From the NCBI RefSeq assembly GCF_009914755.1, contig NC_060940.1: DNA of 64,000 bases; one strand, written 5' to 3'. The notes below the pieces were generated by a model that did not search any database, was not told the DNA's origin, and was given only the letters and a program-made list of their open reading frames with translations. Positions 59,557-64,000 of this stretch are shown piece after piece. Position 1 is the first letter of the stretch. Each line of letters opens with the position of its first letter. Origin of the DNA: the human T2T-CHM13v2.0 reference genome, Homo sapiens. The position numbers and the translations under genes are program-made.

Positions 59557-61198
59557 ACCTCCCAGTTGGGGTGGTGTCAGAGGAAGCCTAGTAAAGGACT
59601 TTCACCAACGCCAAGTAGTAATAAGGCCACAGGCACATCCCATGATGTTACATCTAATACAAAAAGCCAGAGACATCACGAATTGAACAGAAAACACAAC
59701 CAAAAGATGTCAGCACTGAGATGACAGAGGTATTAGAATTATCTTCCAAAGATTTTAAAGTGACATCATAAAATGACTAAGCCAATGATTAAGAAGACAT
59801 TTGAACTTGATAAAGAGCATTTATGGAACTTACAGCTTACATTTACTTAATGATAGAAGACTGAATGCATTCCTACTAAGGTTGAGAACAATGAAAGATT
59901 ATCTGTGTTCATCACTCTTTTACAACACAGTGCAATAAGGCTGGCAAAAAAAAATAAAAGGCATGCAAATTACAAATAAAATGCCTCAATATGCAGATAA
60001 CATTAGTGTCTATATAGGGAATTCCAGGAAACCTACCAAGAAAATGTATTCAATAATGATTTCAATAAGGTTGCATGACATAAGATAAACTTACATAAAT
60101 CAAATCTATTCCTATTATTTAGCAATAAATATGTGGATACCAAAATTGAATAAATAATAAAATAAAATACTTACATATAAATCTGAAAAACTCATGCAGG
60201 AGTAATATGCTGAAAACTACAAGATGCTGATCAAAGAAATTAAAGATGTAAATAAATGAAGAAATTCAGGTTCATAGACTGGAAGATTCAACTTTGTAGT
60301 ATATCAATTATCCACAAATTGATATAAAAGTTTTATTCATTTGCTATCAAAATCTCAACAAGAACTTTTAGAAATATAGGCAAGATTATTCTAAAATATA
60401 TAGGAAAAGGAAACTAATCAAGAATAGCTAAAACAATTTTGAAAAATAAGAGTAAAATGAGAAAGAAAAAGTCTACCTCATTTCAACACTTATTAAATCG
60501 CTACAGTAATCAAGACTCTGTAGTATTATTGGAGGAAAAGACATGTAGTTGAAGGGAACAGAATAGAGGGCCAAGAACTAACACCACATGAATATGTACA
60601 TATGATTTTTGACAAAAATGTAAAAAACAATTAAATGCAGTAGAGATAACTTTTAAATCAATGGTGCAGGAGCAATTGAAACTCCACAGGCAATAATGAA
60701 CCTCAATCTAAGTTTTACATCTTATATAAAAATTAAATAAAAATAGATTCTAGAGTTAATTTAAAAAAAATACAAATTATTAAAAAAAAAAAACAGAAGA
60801 AAATCTTTGGGATCAAGGGCTATGGAAGAGGTAAGGTTGGGGTTCGTTGACTAGATACCAAAATCACAATCCGTACCATGAAAAATTGATAAACTCTACT
60901 TCAACAAAATCAGTACACTTTACTCTGTGAGGACTCTGGCAATAGGATGAAAAGAAAAGCTACAGACTGGAAGAAAAATGTATAAACTATACCTCCATTA
61001 AAGAACTAGTCTCTAGGCTATCTAAAGACCTCTCAAAACTCAACATTTTAAAAAATCCAGTTAGAAAATAGTCAAAGGATATAAAGCGCATTTCACCAAA
61101 GATGAATAATCGCATTAAAAAAAAGTTCAATATTATTACCCGTTAGGGAAATGCAGATGAAAATCACATGAGCCATCATCAAACATCTATTAAAATGG

Positions 61199-61342
61199 TG
61201 ATAAGATAGATAGAAAGATAGATAGATAGATAGATAGAAGATAGATAGATGATAGTAGATGATAGATAGATGATAGAAGATAGATAGATGATAGAAGATA
61301 GATGATAAATAGATGATTGATAGATAGATAGACAGATAGACA
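61199..61342. repeat. Compound (GATA)n/(GAT) microsatellite
   Basis: Read directly. Confidence 0.95.
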
Positions 61343-62108
61343 AACAACAAATGCTGATGAGGGTACTGAGAAACTGATTCATTCATATTTTCCATATGGG
61401 AACTTAAAATGACATGGAAACACTGGAAAATATGTTTTTTAAATAATTTAAAATGCAACTACCACAAGACCAAACAATTGTACTCTTCACCCTTTACCCC
61501 AAATAAAGGAAAGCTTGTGTTAGCGTGAAACTTTTTCATGGATGTTTATTGCAGCTTTATTCGTAACAGTCACAAATTGGAAACAGCCCAGATATCTTTC
61601 AATGGATGAAAGCTGACATTAACTATTATACATCCATACCATTAAATGCTAGTCAGCAATTTTTAAAAGATCATACTATTGATATATGCAATAATCTAGA
61701 TGGATCTCCAGAGTATTATGCTCAGTGAAGAAGAGTTAATTCCAAAAGGCTATATACTGTATTATCTCGTTCATGTAACATTATGGCAATGACAAATTTA
61801 CAGAGATGAAGAAGAGACCTAATTAGGGCTTAAAGAGGATATTGGGCAGGAGGGAAGGAGTTTCGTTTTAAAAAGGAAATATAGGGGATCTTTGCAGTGA
61901 TGGAAATGCTCAGTATGTTGAGTGTACAAATAGCATATATTGGTTGTGATATTATTGTATTAGTTTTATAAGAGATTTTTATTGGGGGAAACTGTGTGAA
62001 CCATATGTGAGATCTTTCTGTATTATTTCTTAAAACAGCACACCAATCTACAACTACTTCAAAGTTAAAAGCGTAATTAAAATTTACATTACATAATACT
62101 TTATTTAC

Positions 62109-62404
<296 letters not shown>

Positions 62405-62474
62405 TTAACATGCATTACAGGTCACCTCCAACATATCATACTGAAAGTGTCTTGAAGATAGGAAATATTATTTA

Positions 62475-62799
62475 TTTTATTTAATTAATTTATGTATGTA
62501 TTTATTTTGGGGGCAGGTCTTGCTCTATCACCTACGCTAGAGTGCAGTGGCAGAATCCTAGCTCACGGCAGTCTAGAACTCCTAGTTTCAAGCAATCCTC
62601 CCTCCTCAGCCTCTGAAGTCACTGGGACTACAGGCACACACCACCATTCCTGCCTAGTTTTTTTTAATTTTTAATTTTCTTGTAGAGACGGGTATTGCCA
62701 TGTTTTTCGAGCTGTTTTTCAACTTGTAGGCTCAACCGATCTTCTCACCTCAGCCTCCCAAATCCCTGAGATTAGGAGAGTAAGGCACTCTGCCTGGCC
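62475..62799 (-). mobile_element. AluJ
   Basis: Divergent dimer (agcaatcctccc). TSD a(g/a)gaaa(t/c)attattta at 62460-62474 and 62800-62814. Confidence 0.92.
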
Positions 62800-62849
62800 A
62801 AGAAACATTATTTAGAGCTTTCAACTACTTTTTTCTGCACCCCCTTCTT

Positions 62850-63160
62850 GTGACCATGGCTAACGAATCTTAAAAACACCAGTCCCATCATTTCCCATTT
62901 CAGCATGTCTATACTTAAAACCTTTCCTTTGCTTTACACTGCTTTTTAATCAAAGATTAGCATAGACTTTGTGGCCCAGTACCAATCATGGCCTGTACAC
63001 TTCTTCAGTAGCATCTCATTCCTCATCGCCTCTCTTTTGGTGCTTCAGGCAAACTGAACAGTTCCTGATCATGTCCAGGTCCTTCCTATACAGGGTTTCC
63101 TGGCTTGGATCCTATGAACACTGGTCTTACTTTCCGAAACACCCTTTAAAAGACTGCAGT
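62850..63160 (+). mobile_element. L2 fragment
   Basis: cttaaaacctttcctttgc...catggcctgtacacttcttcag, a degenerate L2 body. Confidence 0.5.
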
Positions 63161-63341
63161 CAGTGGAAGTGGAATAAATTTAGTTACATACTATTTAAGG
63201 TTTTAAAATGTGGGCAGTGGGAACATTGTTTGAAAATAAATTTTGCTGGAAAGACAAGGAAGCTATGAAGACAAACTTACCAGAGAGATAATATTTGAAT
63301 CCAGTCTTAAGAAGCTTGTCATATAGTAGGGCTCACCATAA

Positions 63342-63999
<658 letters not shown>

Positions 64000-64000
64000 A

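Larger units (their letters stand above)
58415..62072 (+). mobile_element. Old L1MD/MC-like element (5' UTR, internal deletion, ORF2 3' half, 3' UTR)
   Basis: 5' UTR-like ctgctaagtacaactaaaaacc. ORF2 remnants at 59805-61500. 3' end gatctttctgtattatttctta...aatctacaact. Confidence 0.78.

Overview
AT-rich primate (probably human or great ape) non-coding genomic DNA, intronic or intergenic. The species call rests on AluY/AluS/AluJ, L1PA and MER9 content. I see no credible host protein-coding exon, RNA gene or CpG island. The recognisable ORFs come from Alu, L1 or low-complexity sequence. The window is a layered transposon record. It holds the 3' end of an ERV1 provirus (decayed env TM, polypurine tract, MER67-like LTR) and a 5'-inverted young L1PA with TSD. 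It also has a MADE1 hairpin, MaLR/ERVL LTRs, a MER9 solo LTR, Tigger3/MER44/hAT elements, nested old L1M elements and about a dozen Alus. The most unusual non-repeat structure is at 31.5-33.6 kb. There, a 109-bp inverted duplication lies next to a 42-bp direct duplication, which looks like a multi-template insertion or a rearrangement scar. I found no evidence of a new multi-gene system. Repeat subfamily names come from recalled consensus sequences, not a database search. Boundaries of old repeats are approximate.
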